Position numbers and translations under genes: made by a program. The notes below the pieces were generated by a model, which was given only the letters and a program-made list of their open reading frames with translations, was not told where the DNA came from and did not search any database. From Mobula hypostoma (lineage: Eukaryota): DNA of 64,000 nucleotides. The stretch covers positions 14,324,001-14,388,000 of the forward strand of contig NC_086109.1 in NCBI RefSeq assembly GCF_963921235.1, written 5' to 3'. Positions 1 through 11,150 of the stretch are shown here, piece after piece; the stretch's first letter is position 1; each line of letters starts with the position of its first letter.

Positions 1-462
1 AAAAGACGCACAGTCACAGCAAGTGTGCAATGTGCTAACACTTAGCCACTGAAAAATGAAAAGGTGATATTGTAAACCATTCTGTAGCGGTTATACTGCT
101 TTGCCACCAGTAGGTGGAGACAAACACCATGTACTGTGAAAAATGTAGGCAAAGAATATGTAATAAAACAATTGCTAAAAATCATTAGTTCAACCAATGC
201 TTTATTAAAAGCATAAAAAACAACCGATTCCAACATGTGAAAGGGGCTTTTCCCGTTACCAGATCACTTAAGAACCAGGGTTCAGTTACATTTTCACAGA
301 GATACAGCACAGTAACAGGCTCTTCAGCCCAATGAGCCCATGGTACTCAATTACACCCATGTCACCAATTAACCTACTAACCAGTAGGTATTTGGGACAT
401 GGGAGGAGACTGGAGCACCTTGAGGAAACACTGCCCTCACAGGCAGAATATACAACCACCTT

Positions 463-1962
463 CGTCAGAGTCTGGGCAGGGCAGTTGGCTGGGGTCTTCA
501 CTGACATTTTTAATCTGTCCCTGGCCCAGGCAGTTGTCCCCACAAGCTTCAAGATCGCTACCACTATGCCAGTGCCGAAGCGTTGCACTGCCACGGGCCT
601 GAATGACTTCCGTCCAGTTGCACTCACTCCCATCATTGCAAAGTGCTTTGAGAGACTGGTTCTATCACATCTGAAATCCTGTCTGCCCTCTACCCTGGAC
701 CCCCATCAATTTGCCTACCGCACCAACAGGTCAACAGAGGATGCCATCTCCACAGCACTTCACTCTGCCCTGACCCACCTGGACAGCCCCAACTCTCACG
801 TCAAAATGCTGTTCGATGACTTTAGTTCAGCATTCAATACTGTGATCCCCTCCAAACTGATCGCCAAACTTCGCCAGCCTGGTATCAGCTCATCCCTCTG
901 CAATTGGACTTTGGACTTTCTGACTAACAGACCCCAATCAGTTAAGTTAGACAACCTCTCCTCCTCCACTCTCACCCTGAACACCGGCGTGCCTCAAGGC
1001 TGTGTGCTGAGCCCTCTTCTGTACTCCCTTTTCACCTATGACTGCGTTCCTGTACATGGTTCTAACTCCATAATTAAGTTCACAGACGACACCATGGTTT
1101 ATGGCCTGATCAGGGATGACGAGACGGCCTACAGGGACAAGGTCCAGCACCTAGTCGCGTGGTGTGTTGACAGCAATCTGGCCCTTAATACCCAGAAGAC
1201 CAAGGAGATCATTGTAGACTTCAGGCATGCTAGGAGCCACACTCACGTGCCCATCTACATCAACGGAGCTGTAGTGGAGCGTGTATCAAGCTTCAAATTC
1301 CTTGGTGTCCCTATTTCCGAGGATCTCACCTGGTCCCTGAACTCCTCCATCCTGATCGAAAGGGCACAACAGCACCTTTATTTCCTGTGGAGCATCAAGA
1401 AAGCTTACCTCTGTCCCAGGATACTGACGGACTTTTACTGCTGTACCATTGAGAGCATACTCACCAACTGCATCTCAGTGTGGTATGGTAATTGTCCCGT
1501 ATCGGATCGCAAAGCACTCCAGCATGTGGTGAAAACTGCCCAGCGGATTATCAGCACCCAATTTCCCACCATTGAGAACATCCACCACAAACGCTGCCTG
1601 GGCAGGGCGAAAAGCATTATCAAGGATGCATCTCACCCTAACCATGGGCTTTTTACTCTCCTCCCATCCGGTAGGCACTACAGGAGCCTCCGCTCCCACA
1701 CCAGCAGGCACAGGAAGAGCTTCTTCCCTGAGGCTGTGACCCTGCTGAACCTCACATCACAGCGCTAAGCAGTATTGCACCCATATTGTACTGTCTCGGT
1801 GCTTTTATATTTGTATGCTGTAGCACTTTTTATTCACGGCTATTTTGTAAATAACACTATTCTTTGCCTTTCTGGTCAGATGCTAACAGCATTTCATTGG
1901 CTTTGTATCTGTACTTGGCACAATGACAATAAAGTTGAATCTAATCTAATCTAATCTAATCT
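463..1962 (+). mobile_element. 5'-truncated Rex1/Babar-clade non-LTR retrotransposon (RT domain to 3' tail)
   Basis: ORF 332..1768 has [35 protein letters not shown] and KFTDD motifs. The 3' UTR ends AATAAA plus (AATCT)n at 1929-1962. The first ~40 ORF codons are unrelated flanking repeat sequence. Confidence 0.92.
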
Positions 1963-2285
1963 TACTGACAGGTGGAATTGAACCCTACTCTCTGGTGCTG
2001 TAATAATATTACACTACCATGTCGCCCACGTAGAGAGACATAGTGAAAAGCCTGCATGTCATCCAGAGAGATCATTCCACACACAAATACATCAAGGTAG
2101 TATGAAAGGAAAACCAACAACAAAATTGTAGCATATCATGTTACAGTTGCAGGGAAAGTGAAGTGCAGGTAGACAATAAAGTCCAAGGACTATGATGAGG
2201 TAGATTGAGTGATCAGGAGCCCTGTCAGTTAAAGGATCTTATAAAATAATGGGCTCTTTATGGGGTTGGGGTAGTGGTGAAGAAG

Positions 2286-4865
2286 AAACAACATACATCA
2301 AAGTTGCTGGTGAACGCAGCAGGCCAAGCAGCATCTATAGGAAGAGGCGCAGTCGACGTTTCAGGCCGAGACCCTTCGTCAGGACTAACTGAAGGAAGAG
2401 TGAGTAAGGGATTTGAAAGCTGGAGGGGGAGGGGGAGATGCAAAATGATAGGAGAAGACAGGAGGGGGAGGGATAGAGCCGAGAGCTGGACAGGTGATAG
2501 GCAAAAGGGATACGAGAGGATCATGGGACAGGAGGTCCGGGAAGAAGGACAAGGGGGGGGGGTGTGACCCAGAGGATGGGCAAGAGGTATATTCAGAGGG
2601 ACAGAGGGAGAAAAAGGAGAGTGAGAGAAAGAATGTGTGTATAAAAATGAGTAACAGATGGGGTACGAGGGGGAGGTGGGGCCTAGCGGAAGTTAGAGAA
2701 GTCAATGTTCATGCCATCAGGTTGGAGGCTACCCAGACGGAATATAAGGTGTTGTTCCTCCAACCTGAGTGTGGCTTCATCTTTACAGCAGAGGAGGCCG
2801 TGGATAGACATGTCAGAATGGGAATGGGATGTGGAATTAAAATGTGTGGCCACTGGGAGATCCTGCTTTCTCTGGCGGACAGAGCGTAGATGTTCAGCAA
2901 AGCGGTCTCCCAGTCTGCGTCGGGTCTCGCCAATATATAAAAGGCCACATCGGGAGCACCGGACGCAGTATATCACCCCAGTCGACTCACAGGTGAAGTG
3001 ATGCCTCACCTGGAAGGACTGTTTGGGGCCCTGAATGGTGGTAAGGGAGGAAGTGTAAGGGCATGTGTAGCACTTGTTCCGCTTGCACGGATAAGTGCCA
3101 GGAGGGAGATCAGTGGGGAGGGATGGGGGGGACGAATGGATAAGGGAGTTGTGTAGGGAGCGATCCCTGTGGAATGCAGAGAGAGGGGGGGAGGGAAAGA
3201 TGTGCTTAGTGGTGGGATCCCGTTGGAGGTGGCGGAAGTTACGGAGAATAATATGTTGGACCCGGAGGCTGGTGGGGTGGTAGGTGAGGACCAGGGGAAC
3301 CCTATTCCTAGTGGGGTGGTGGGAGGATGGAGTGAGAGCAGATGTACGTGAAATGGGGGAGATGCGTTTAAGAGCAGAGTTGATAGTGGAGGAAGGGAAG
3401 CCCCTTTCTTTAAAAAATGAAGACATCTCCCTCGTCCTAGAATGAAAAGTCTCATCCTGAGAGCAGATGCGGCGGAGACGGAGGAATTGCGAGAAGGGGA
3501 TGGCGTTTTTGCAAGAGACAGGGTGAGAAGAGGAATAGTCCAGATAGCTGTGAGAGTCAGTAGGCTTATAGTAGACATCAGTGGATAAGCTGTCTCCAGA
3601 GACAGAGACAGAAAGATCTAGAAAGGGGAGGGAGGTGTCGGAAATGGACCAGGTAAACTTGAGGGCAGGGTGAAAGTTGGAGGCAAAGCTAATAAAGTCA
3701 ACGAGTTCTGCATGCGTGCAGGAAGCAGTGCCAATGCAGTCGTCGATGTAGCGAAGGAAAAGTGGGGGACAGATACCAGAATAGGCACGGAACATAGATT
3801 GTTCCACAAACCCAACAAAAAGGCAGGCATAGCTAGGACCCGTACAGGTGCCCATAGCTACACCTTTAGTTTGGAGGAAATGGGAGGAGCAAAAGGAGAA
3901 ATTATTAAGAGTAAGGACTAATTCCGCTAGACGGAGCGGAGTGGTGGTAGAGGGGAACTGATTAGGTCTGGAATCCAAAAAGAAGCGTAGAGCTTTGAGA
4001 CCTTCCTGATGGGGGATGGAAGTATATAGGGACTGGACATCCACGGTGAAAATAAAGCGGTGGGGGCCAGGGAACTTAAAATCATCGAAAAGTTTAAGAG
4101 CGTGAGAAGTGTCACGAACATAGGTCGGAAGGGATTGAACAAGGGTGATAAAACAGTGTCGAGGTATGCAGAAACAAGTTCGGTGGGGCAGGAGCAAGCT
4201 GAGACAATAGGTTGGCCAGGACAGGCAGGTTTGTGGATCTTGGGTAGGAGGTAGAAACGGGAAGTGCGGGGTGTGGGAACTATAAGGTTGGTAGCAGTGG
4301 ATGGGAGATCCCCTGAGCGGATAAAGTCGGTGAAAGTGTGGGAGACAATGGCCTGGTGCTCCTTAGTGGGGTCACGATCGAGGGGTAAATAAGAGGAGGT
4401 ATCCGCGAGTTGTCGCTGTGCCTCGGCAAGGTAGAGGTCAGTACGCCAGACTACAACAGCACTCCCTTTATCAGCGGGTTTAATAATAAGGTTAGGATTA
4501 GTGCGGAGGGAGTGGAGAGCAGAGCGTTCCGAAGGAGTGAGGTTGGAATGGGAACAAGGTGCGGTGAAGTCGAGACGGTTGATGTCCCGTCGGCAGTTGG
4601 CAATAAAGAGATCCAGAGCAGGCAGAAGACCAGAGCGGGGTGTCCATGAAGAAGAGGAGGGTTGAAGACAGGATAAGGGGTCATCGGTGGGGGTGGAAGA
4701 GTCCTTGCCGAAGAAGTAGGCTCGGAGACGGAGACGGCGGAAGAAAAGTTCCGCATCATGGCGAACACGGAACTCACTGAGGTGTGGGCGAAGGGGGACA
4801 AAGGTGAGGCCCTTACTGAGAACAGAGCGTTCTGCCTCCAACAGTTGAAGGTCGGAGGGGATGAA
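2286..4865 (-). mobile_element. Penelope-like element, 5'-truncated; RT plus GIY-YIG ORF with one frameshift
   Basis: ORF 3927..4841 (LSKGLTF, KPADKG, LPKIHK) joins ORF 2683..4197 (DVQSLYTSIP, GVAMG, YIDD, VIYCVRC..LYIGET..RFAEH) across a frameshift near 4143. The 3' pLTR sequence spans about 2286-2683. Confidence 0.93.
2351..2386 (-). ncRNA. Minimal type I hammerhead ribozyme motif in the Penelope pLTR
   Basis: Minus strand reads AGTC-CTGACGA-AGGGTCTCGGCCT-GAAA-CG-TC-GACT. This gives stem I (AGTC/GACT), a CUGANGA core, stem II, GAAA, a palindromic ACGU mini stem III and a GUC cleavage triplet. Confidence 0.75.
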
Positions 4866-5016
4866 GAAGAAGCAGTGTTTAATCAGAGAATAATTGTAAT
4901 TTGCAATCAGTGGTCAATAAATGGGAATTGGATGAACCCTTGAGAGACAATACTTTAGAGCAGGGCTTTTCAACCTCTTTTTAATGGCATGAACCCCTAC
5001 CATTATGGAGACCTCA

Positions 5017-5413
5017 TAGAAACATATAAAAATATGAAAAGATAGATAAGATAGAGGCTGGAAAGATGTTTCCATGTAGCTGAGACTAGAACGAGGGGAC
5101 ATTGCCTCAAGATTCAGTGGGGGGAGGTGGCTAGATTTAGGGTGGAGATGAGGAGGAATTGCTTTTCCCAGAGAGTGGTGAATCTGTGGAATTCTCTGCC
5201 CAATGTAGTAGTGGAGGATACCTCAGTAAATATATCTAAGACAAGGTTAGATGGATTTTTTGCATTGTACGGAAATTAAGGGTTATGGGGAAACGGCAGG
5301 TAGGTGGAGATGAGTCCATGGTTAGATCAGCCATGATTTTGTTGAATGGTGGAGTAGGTTCAACGGGCCAGATGTCCTACTCCTGCTCCCATTTCCTATG
5401 TTCATATGCTCTT
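5017..5413 (+). mobile_element. CR1 LINE 3' fragment
   Basis: Typical CR1 3' end (cagagagtggtgaatctgtggaattctctgcc ... cctactcctgctcc ... ctatgttc). Confidence 0.75.
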
Positions 5414-5824
5414 ATTAACCAAGGAACCCCTAGTTTAGAAGATTATGGAGAAGGAGCATGAGATGGTACTGATGAAAATACTCTACTAGGAGCTAGCAAG
5501 GGACCAAAAGACCTCAGTTATTGTCAATAATAACTCCACAATTGGATCTTCAGTATACACACACATACACATGCACAGACAATCACAGACAATCTAAGGT
5601 TCATGGGCAGTTGACGGTGGGCAATAAATGCTGAGGAACACACACAAAATGCTGGAGGAACTCAGTAGGTCAGGCATTATCTGTGGAGAGGAATAAACCG
5701 TCGACATTTTGGGCTGAGACTCTTCATCAGGACCTTCACCATTATGAAATGATGGCCTTGACAGTGATGGAGCAGGTAAATCAACAAGATCTTAGGGACA
5801 GGGTTTAAGCAGGACTGTACTTAC

Positions 5825-5969
5825 ATCCATATAGTTGGTGAGGATCGTTGGCGCTGTGCCATTCTGAATACGTTCAAAGGTCTTATTGGCTTCCCTCAAG
5901 ATGGCAGATGGTTTCAGTCCCAGCTGGCGCAGTGATTGGCGGATAGATGGCATTTTATGGAGAGGAATC
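5825..5969 (-). CDS. ren: Renin (preprorenin) exon 2: (R)IPLHKMPSIRQSLRQLGLKPSAILREANKTFERIQNGTAPTILTNYMD
   Basis: Resembles human renin exon 2 (IFLKRMPSIRESL...VILTNYMD). Acceptor TCTTCCCACAG|G is phase 2 and donor GAT|GTAAGT is phase 0, the same phases as mammalian REN. It lies downstream of kiss1 on the same strand, as in mammals. Confidence 0.9.
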
Positions 5970-6704
5970 CTGTGGGAAGAAGTAGGCTTCAGAGGAATGA
6001 ACAGCAAGATAAACCTGCAGTCAAGGGAAACAGTCTGACTGCTGCAGCACCTTGTATTTATGTCACATTTTTAATGTAGCGAACCACTACAGGGCTCTTT
6101 ATACCAGGCGACTCAGTAATGTTACGGTTATCGCAATGCTTTACAGTGCCAGAAATCGGGATTCAGTTGCTGCTGATGTCTTTATGGAGTTTCTACGTTC
6201 TCCACTGCTAGTTTCCACTGGGAGCCCTGGTTTCCTCCCGTATTCTAAAGAGGTACAAGTTAAGTTTCGGGTTAGTAGGTTGTGGGCATTCTATGTTGTT
6301 GTCAGAAGCACTGTGACACTTGCGGGCTGCCGCCAGCGCATCCTCGGACTGTGCAGGTCATTGGCGCAAGTGGCACTTTTCATCATATGTTTCGATGCAC
6401 AGGTGACAAGTTAAGCTGATCGCTTTAATATTTTGTTATCAGAGTATAACGGAAACTGTGTGACAGGACCAGCAAAATGCTTGGTCAACAGGGTTGTTAG
6501 GGAGTGACTCAAAAAAGGTCTTAGTGTTGGAGAGGCTTCAGGGTTTAAGGAGGGATTTTCACACTTTAAGGACGCTGACAGCTGAAGATCCCGGTGCAGG
6601 ATGAATGAAAGGAAACAGGGATGCTGACAAAGACACAATTAGAGGAGCAGGGAGATCTCAGAGCTGGTGGATGCAGCAACCCAATTTCAAGGTTCAAGTC
6701 TAAC

Positions 6705-6880
6705 AGGCACAAAATGGTGGAGGAGCTCAGCAGGTCAGGCAGGGTCTACGGAAAGGAATAAAGAGTTGACATTTCGGGCCAAGAGCCTTCATCAGGACTG
6801 GAAAGGAAAGGGGAAGAAGACAGAATAAGAAGATGGGGCAGAGGAAGGAGTACAATGTAGAAGGTGATGGGAGAAGTTTA
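6705..6880 (-). mobile_element. Decayed Penelope pLTR fragment with hammerhead-like core
   Basis: Similar to 2286-2450. The minus strand reads GTCCTGATGAAGGCTCTTGGCCCGAAATGTC at about 6765-6800. Confidence 0.65.
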
Positions 6881-7613
6881 TAGGTGAAGATTTAAGTTTA
6901 TTTGTTTTGTGCAGTAATGGAGGGAGTTCAAAGTGAAATTGATGATTTTAACAATATGAAACTTTGGTCCACGAACCAGCTGAGTTCAGTGAGTATGAGG
7001 ATATCTTCAAAGGGCAGAGCCTCAAGAAACTGGCATCCATTAAAGACCCTCACCATCTGGGCCAAGTCCCGTTTGCCTTACCTCCATCATTAAAGACTCT
7101 CGCCATCTGGGACAAGCCTCATTTGCCTTACCTCCATCAGGGAGGAGGGACAGGAGCCTGAAGACCCACACTCAACATTTTAAGAACAGCTTCCTCCCCT
7201 CTGCCATCAGATTTCTGAATGGTCTGTGAACATGACCTCATTATTTGTCTTCCACACTCTTTATTTATCATTGTAACATGTAATAATTTAATGTCGTGCA
7301 CTGTGTTGCTGCCACAAAACAGCAAATTTCTTGATTTCTGTCAGTGATAATAAACCGGATTCTGATTCACCACTGCGGAAGGTGAAGGGGTCTTGTTGTG
7401 TGCAAGGGTACAGGCAGTAGATTAATGGACACGCACAAGTTTTATGAGGAATCCACAATATGGCATGTTCTTCTCATCCCTTTTGTAATTCCTGTGGAAT
7501 ACAGAGTTCAAAGAGCCCCATTTACAGCAAGGTTAACAGTTCCACAACCTACTCCAAATGGCTCGACCAACAAAGTCTGCACCTTACGCTGGCAGTTCCA
7601 ATTTCCCATAGAT

Positions 7614-7672
7614 CAGGGGTTCCCACAGCTTAATGATATTGGTCCGTGGCATAAAAAGGTTGGGAACCCCTG
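7614..7672. mobile_element. 59-bp hAT-type MITE
   Basis: TIRs CAGGGGTTCCCA / TGGGAACCCCTG. The 8-bp flanks ccatagat / ctctagat resemble a hAT TSD. Related pieces occur near 4960 and 36130. Confidence 0.7.
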
Positions 7673-8054
7673 CTCTAGATGGATGTCCTCCATGGACAAT
7701 CTGATGGGTGAAACGTTGTCACCTCTAAAAATTAAAGTGCTTGCCTCCCATCTCCAGCGACTACACACAGTATGACCTCCAGCACTGTCCATGTGGAGTT
7801 CGCATGTTCTCCCTGCGACCAATGGGCTCGCATTTCCTTATACATGCCAAAATGGGTAAGCTGGCAGGTTAATTGGCATCTGTAAATCACCTCTCAGTGT
7901 GGGTAGGGGTAGAGTAAATGGGAATATGGGGGAAACTGACTACATGGATGTGAGAATTGATTGTGACGTGAGCCAACATGACTTGAAGGGTCAAATGGCC
8001 TACTTTCATATCATATGGAAATATATAAATAATATATTTGATATATCCTCCAAG

Positions 8055-8440
8055 AGGGCCCCACCCTTGTTGTAGGGCTTGGAGGCTTGTGTACCTCAGT
8101 GACCTGGACAGCTATGTTGACTGGAGTCAGGGTTTTATGCTTTGGCTCTTGGTAGGGTCACCCATGCCAGACAGGTCATGGAGGCCAGACTGAGTGGTCA
8201 CCGGTCCTCCAGGTTTGGGGGTTCAGCTCAGGGCTAACAACCCTGACTAGTAAAACAAAACTTTTACCCAAACAGCAATGAAGAATCCTTCTACCTCTGA
8301 GTGTGACGGTATTTCTGAGTCTTCACTTGGGACTTTGCATGACTGACAGTAGCGAAAACAAAGAGGAAGCAATTGGCACAACGATGGAAGCCTTGAACAC
8401 GGCCAGAGATGGCATACCTTCATCGCTGCCCTAAACGCCT
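8055..8440 (+). mobile_element. RTE-related non-autonomous fragment
   Basis: Its 3' end (ccttcatcgctgccctaaacgcc) is shared with the RTE fragment at 10645-11150 and with about 40050-40090. Confidence 0.5.
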
Positions 8441-8938
8441 AAGACTTTTGCACAGTACTGGATTAGTTTTATTTATTTTTCTCTACTGCTGCCACAAAAA
8501 AAAACAAATTTCATTACATATGTGAGTGATGATAAATCTGATTCTGATATGGGTCTCCATTGTGGACTGAGAGTGGGAAGGGGGCAGGGAGAGGGGAATC
8601 ATGGTTGGGGAAAGGGGAAGGGAGAGGGGAGGGAGCAGGAAGCACCACAGAGACATTCTGTAATGATTAATAAGCCAATTGTTTAGAATTAAATGACCCT
8701 GTCTGGTGTCTCAGGGCTGGGTGTGTCTGCACCCGTGCCACCCCCATTCCTGGCATTTCTTCCCTGCCACCTGTCCCACACCCCTCCCACGGCGCTCCAC
8801 CCTCGCCATTCCCAACATCCTTTGCTCCTGCCAGATTTACAAACTCGCTCTCCGCTCCCGTTGACTAATACAGTACTGTGCAAACGTCTCGGGCACACTT
8901 GCTATATATAGGTGCCTAAGACTTTTGCACAGGACTGT
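8437..8938. repeat. Dispersed repeat with CAGTACTGTGCAAAAGTC-type Tc1/mariner-like TIRs, including a ~68-bp mini-MITE at 8871-8938
   Basis: cagtactgtgcaaacgtc...gacttttgcacaggactg is a small inverted repeat. Most of 8460-8840 recurs in reverse at about 51030-51425. Confidence 0.6.
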
Positions 8939-9559
8939 TTGACCTTTTCTTACACTCAGGTGCCAGGTGTTATGGAGCCATGCAGTATAGGAACGGGGGA
9001 TTTGTCCCATTACCCCCGTGCTGACCGGTGGGTACCCATCCACTTTAATCCCATTTCACAGCACTTGGCCCACAGCCTTCTCTGCCTGGGTGATTCAAGT
9101 AATTGTCTACACACCTCTTAAATGCTGTCAGTGACCCTGTATCCACCACTCTCTCCAGTTGTACATTCACCAGGTGGAAAGGTGTCTTTGCTGAAATCCT
9201 GGACACTGTCCTCCATGTTACCCAGCTGCCAAATTCCTCACTAATCCACAATCCTGGCAGGACTGCCAACAATGCTTAAACCCATCATGAGATTGTCTTC
9301 CCCCTCTCTCCATTGCTGGGTCCAGAGTCACAAATAGGCAGGATTGGACACCATCAATTAAAGTTAACCTTAAGAGTTCTTATAACATTCGGCAGTTTTC
9401 ACATTCAATATAGCTTGCTTAATTTTTAGACTTTTTTCCCCCTGAAAATTGTATTTAAATTCTCAGCTTTCCTGGTGGGATTTGATCTCATGTCTCTGAT
9501 CAATAACTGCAGTACTATAACCACTTTATTTCCATACCCAGGCCCTGTGATAGACAACA

Positions 9560-10150
9560 CAAAAGCATACTGCTCTGTCCACAACAGGCAGAATTTCCCA
9601 GAGATCATCCATTTTAATTCCACTCCCCATTGCCTTTCCAATTGTCGTGCTGAGACCACTCTCAGAGTGGAGGAGCAAAACCTCCTATTCCGTCTGGGTA
9701 GCCTTTGACCTGGTGGCATGAACACTGATTTCTCTAACTTTTGGTAATTCCTCTCCCTCCAGCTCCCTTCTCTCATTTTTCATTCCCCATCCAGCTCCCC
9801 TTTCCTCACTTGCCTGTCACCTCCCCTTGTGCCCCTCCTAAATCTGTTTCCCCCATAGCCCACTCTCCTATCAGATTCCTTCTTCTTCTGCTATTTTCCA
9901 CCTATTACCTCCCAGCTTTGAACGTCAACCCCAACCCCAGCCGTACCCACCTACCTTCCTCTCACCTGACTTCACCTCACCTGCCAGCTTGTACGCCTTC
10001 CCCTCCCCCACCTTCTTATTCTGGCTTCTCCCCACTTCCTTTCCAGTCCTGATTAAGAAAATCCCTCCAAAATGTCGACTGTCCATTCCCCTCCACAGAG
10101 GCTGCCTGACCTGCTGAGTTCCTCCAGCATTTTTTGTGTGTTGCTCTGGA
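9560..10150 (+). mobile_element. Decayed Penelope 3' end
   Basis: Encodes HFNS...LRVEEQNLLFRLGSL, matching the C-terminus of the 2683..4197 ORF, followed by pLTR sequence. Confidence 0.8.
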
Positions 10151-10644
10151 TATGAAAGTAACTCCAATTTACACAGAGGCTTGACTGTAAAATAATGATA
10201 CTGGGAGCGAAGAAACAAGATAGATAAAATGATAAGTGATCCTTCCATTTTTAACTGATTCATAGAACAATTACTCAAATAAACATGAAGAAAGCATGTA
10301 AAATATTTAGCAAGTGTTTTAAACACAGCAAGTGTTTTAAAACATTAGCAGAGATTCTTCTTACTTTTATTATTAAGACTAGTTCTTAACTTTATTTACT
10401 TAGAGATACAGCACAGAACAGGCCCTACCAGCCCACCAAGCTGCAGCGCCCCACCTATTTAACCCAGCCTAATCACAGGACAATTAACAATGACCAATTA
10501 ACCTATTAACCGGTACGTCTTTGGACTGTGGGAGGAAACTGGAGCGCCCGGAGGAAACACAAGAAGTCATGGGGAGAACATACAAATTCCTTACAGCTGG
10601 CACAGGAATTGAACCCGGAACTCTAAATGCCCTGAACTAAAATA

Positions 10645-11150
10645 TCATCATCATCAAATGCCTGTTACACTGTTGGTATTTAGGGCAACAATGGAAGTCC
10701 TCCATCTCTGTCTCTCCTTAGCCATCTTCTCTATAGTGCCCCAGGTGTGGTTCAGGGTCCTCATTTCTGCCTCTACGCACGGCGCCAAGTTGTCTTTAGT
10801 CTCCCGTGTTTCCTCCGCCCTTCAGGGGTCCAACGATGATGGAGTTGGGCTCTCTACTCATCACGTAACCAATCCATCTCCAATGTTTCCTCACGATAAT
10901 TGTGACTGTGTCCGCTTGGTGACGCTGAAGGAGTAGGGTGTGGTTGGAGATCTTTCTTGGCCAGAAAATACGGCCAAGAAGCTCATGGTGTGGAATGATG
11001 ACAGCTTGACCAAGTCGATCTCTGTCTTGTGCCAGCATTCTGACCCGTACAAGAGAGTGGACGGAACACAGCTCTGGGGGAACAGATTCACCCTGGTGTG
11101 GACGCTGTACTTGGTTGATCCCCAAATGTTGCTCATTGATCTGAAGATGG
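10645..11150 (-). mobile_element. RTE-clade LINE 3' fragment
   Basis: Frames give TLLYGSECW, IFWPRKISN and WRWIGYV. The tail is (ATG)n on the minus strand. Confidence 0.75.

Noticed and set aside
107..119. CTCF-like CCAGTAGGTGGAG
   Set aside because: A single imperfect match, not supportable without a scored scan or ChIP data.
1..280. Possible renin exon 3 after an acceptor-like TTTTTCACAG
   Set aside because: No TQYYGEI...FDTGS translation here or elsewhere in 1-5824, so exon 3 probably lies outside the window.
332..462. N-terminal extension of the 478-aa ORF suggesting a fusion gene
   Set aside because: It is chance read-through from a flanking repeat into a 5'-truncated Rex1 element.
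10170..10248. Minus-strand MEGSLIILSILFLRSQ..., a hydrophobic stretch
   Set aside because: Only weak donors (GTGTAA, GTAAAT) follow it, and it is probably a T-rich tract.
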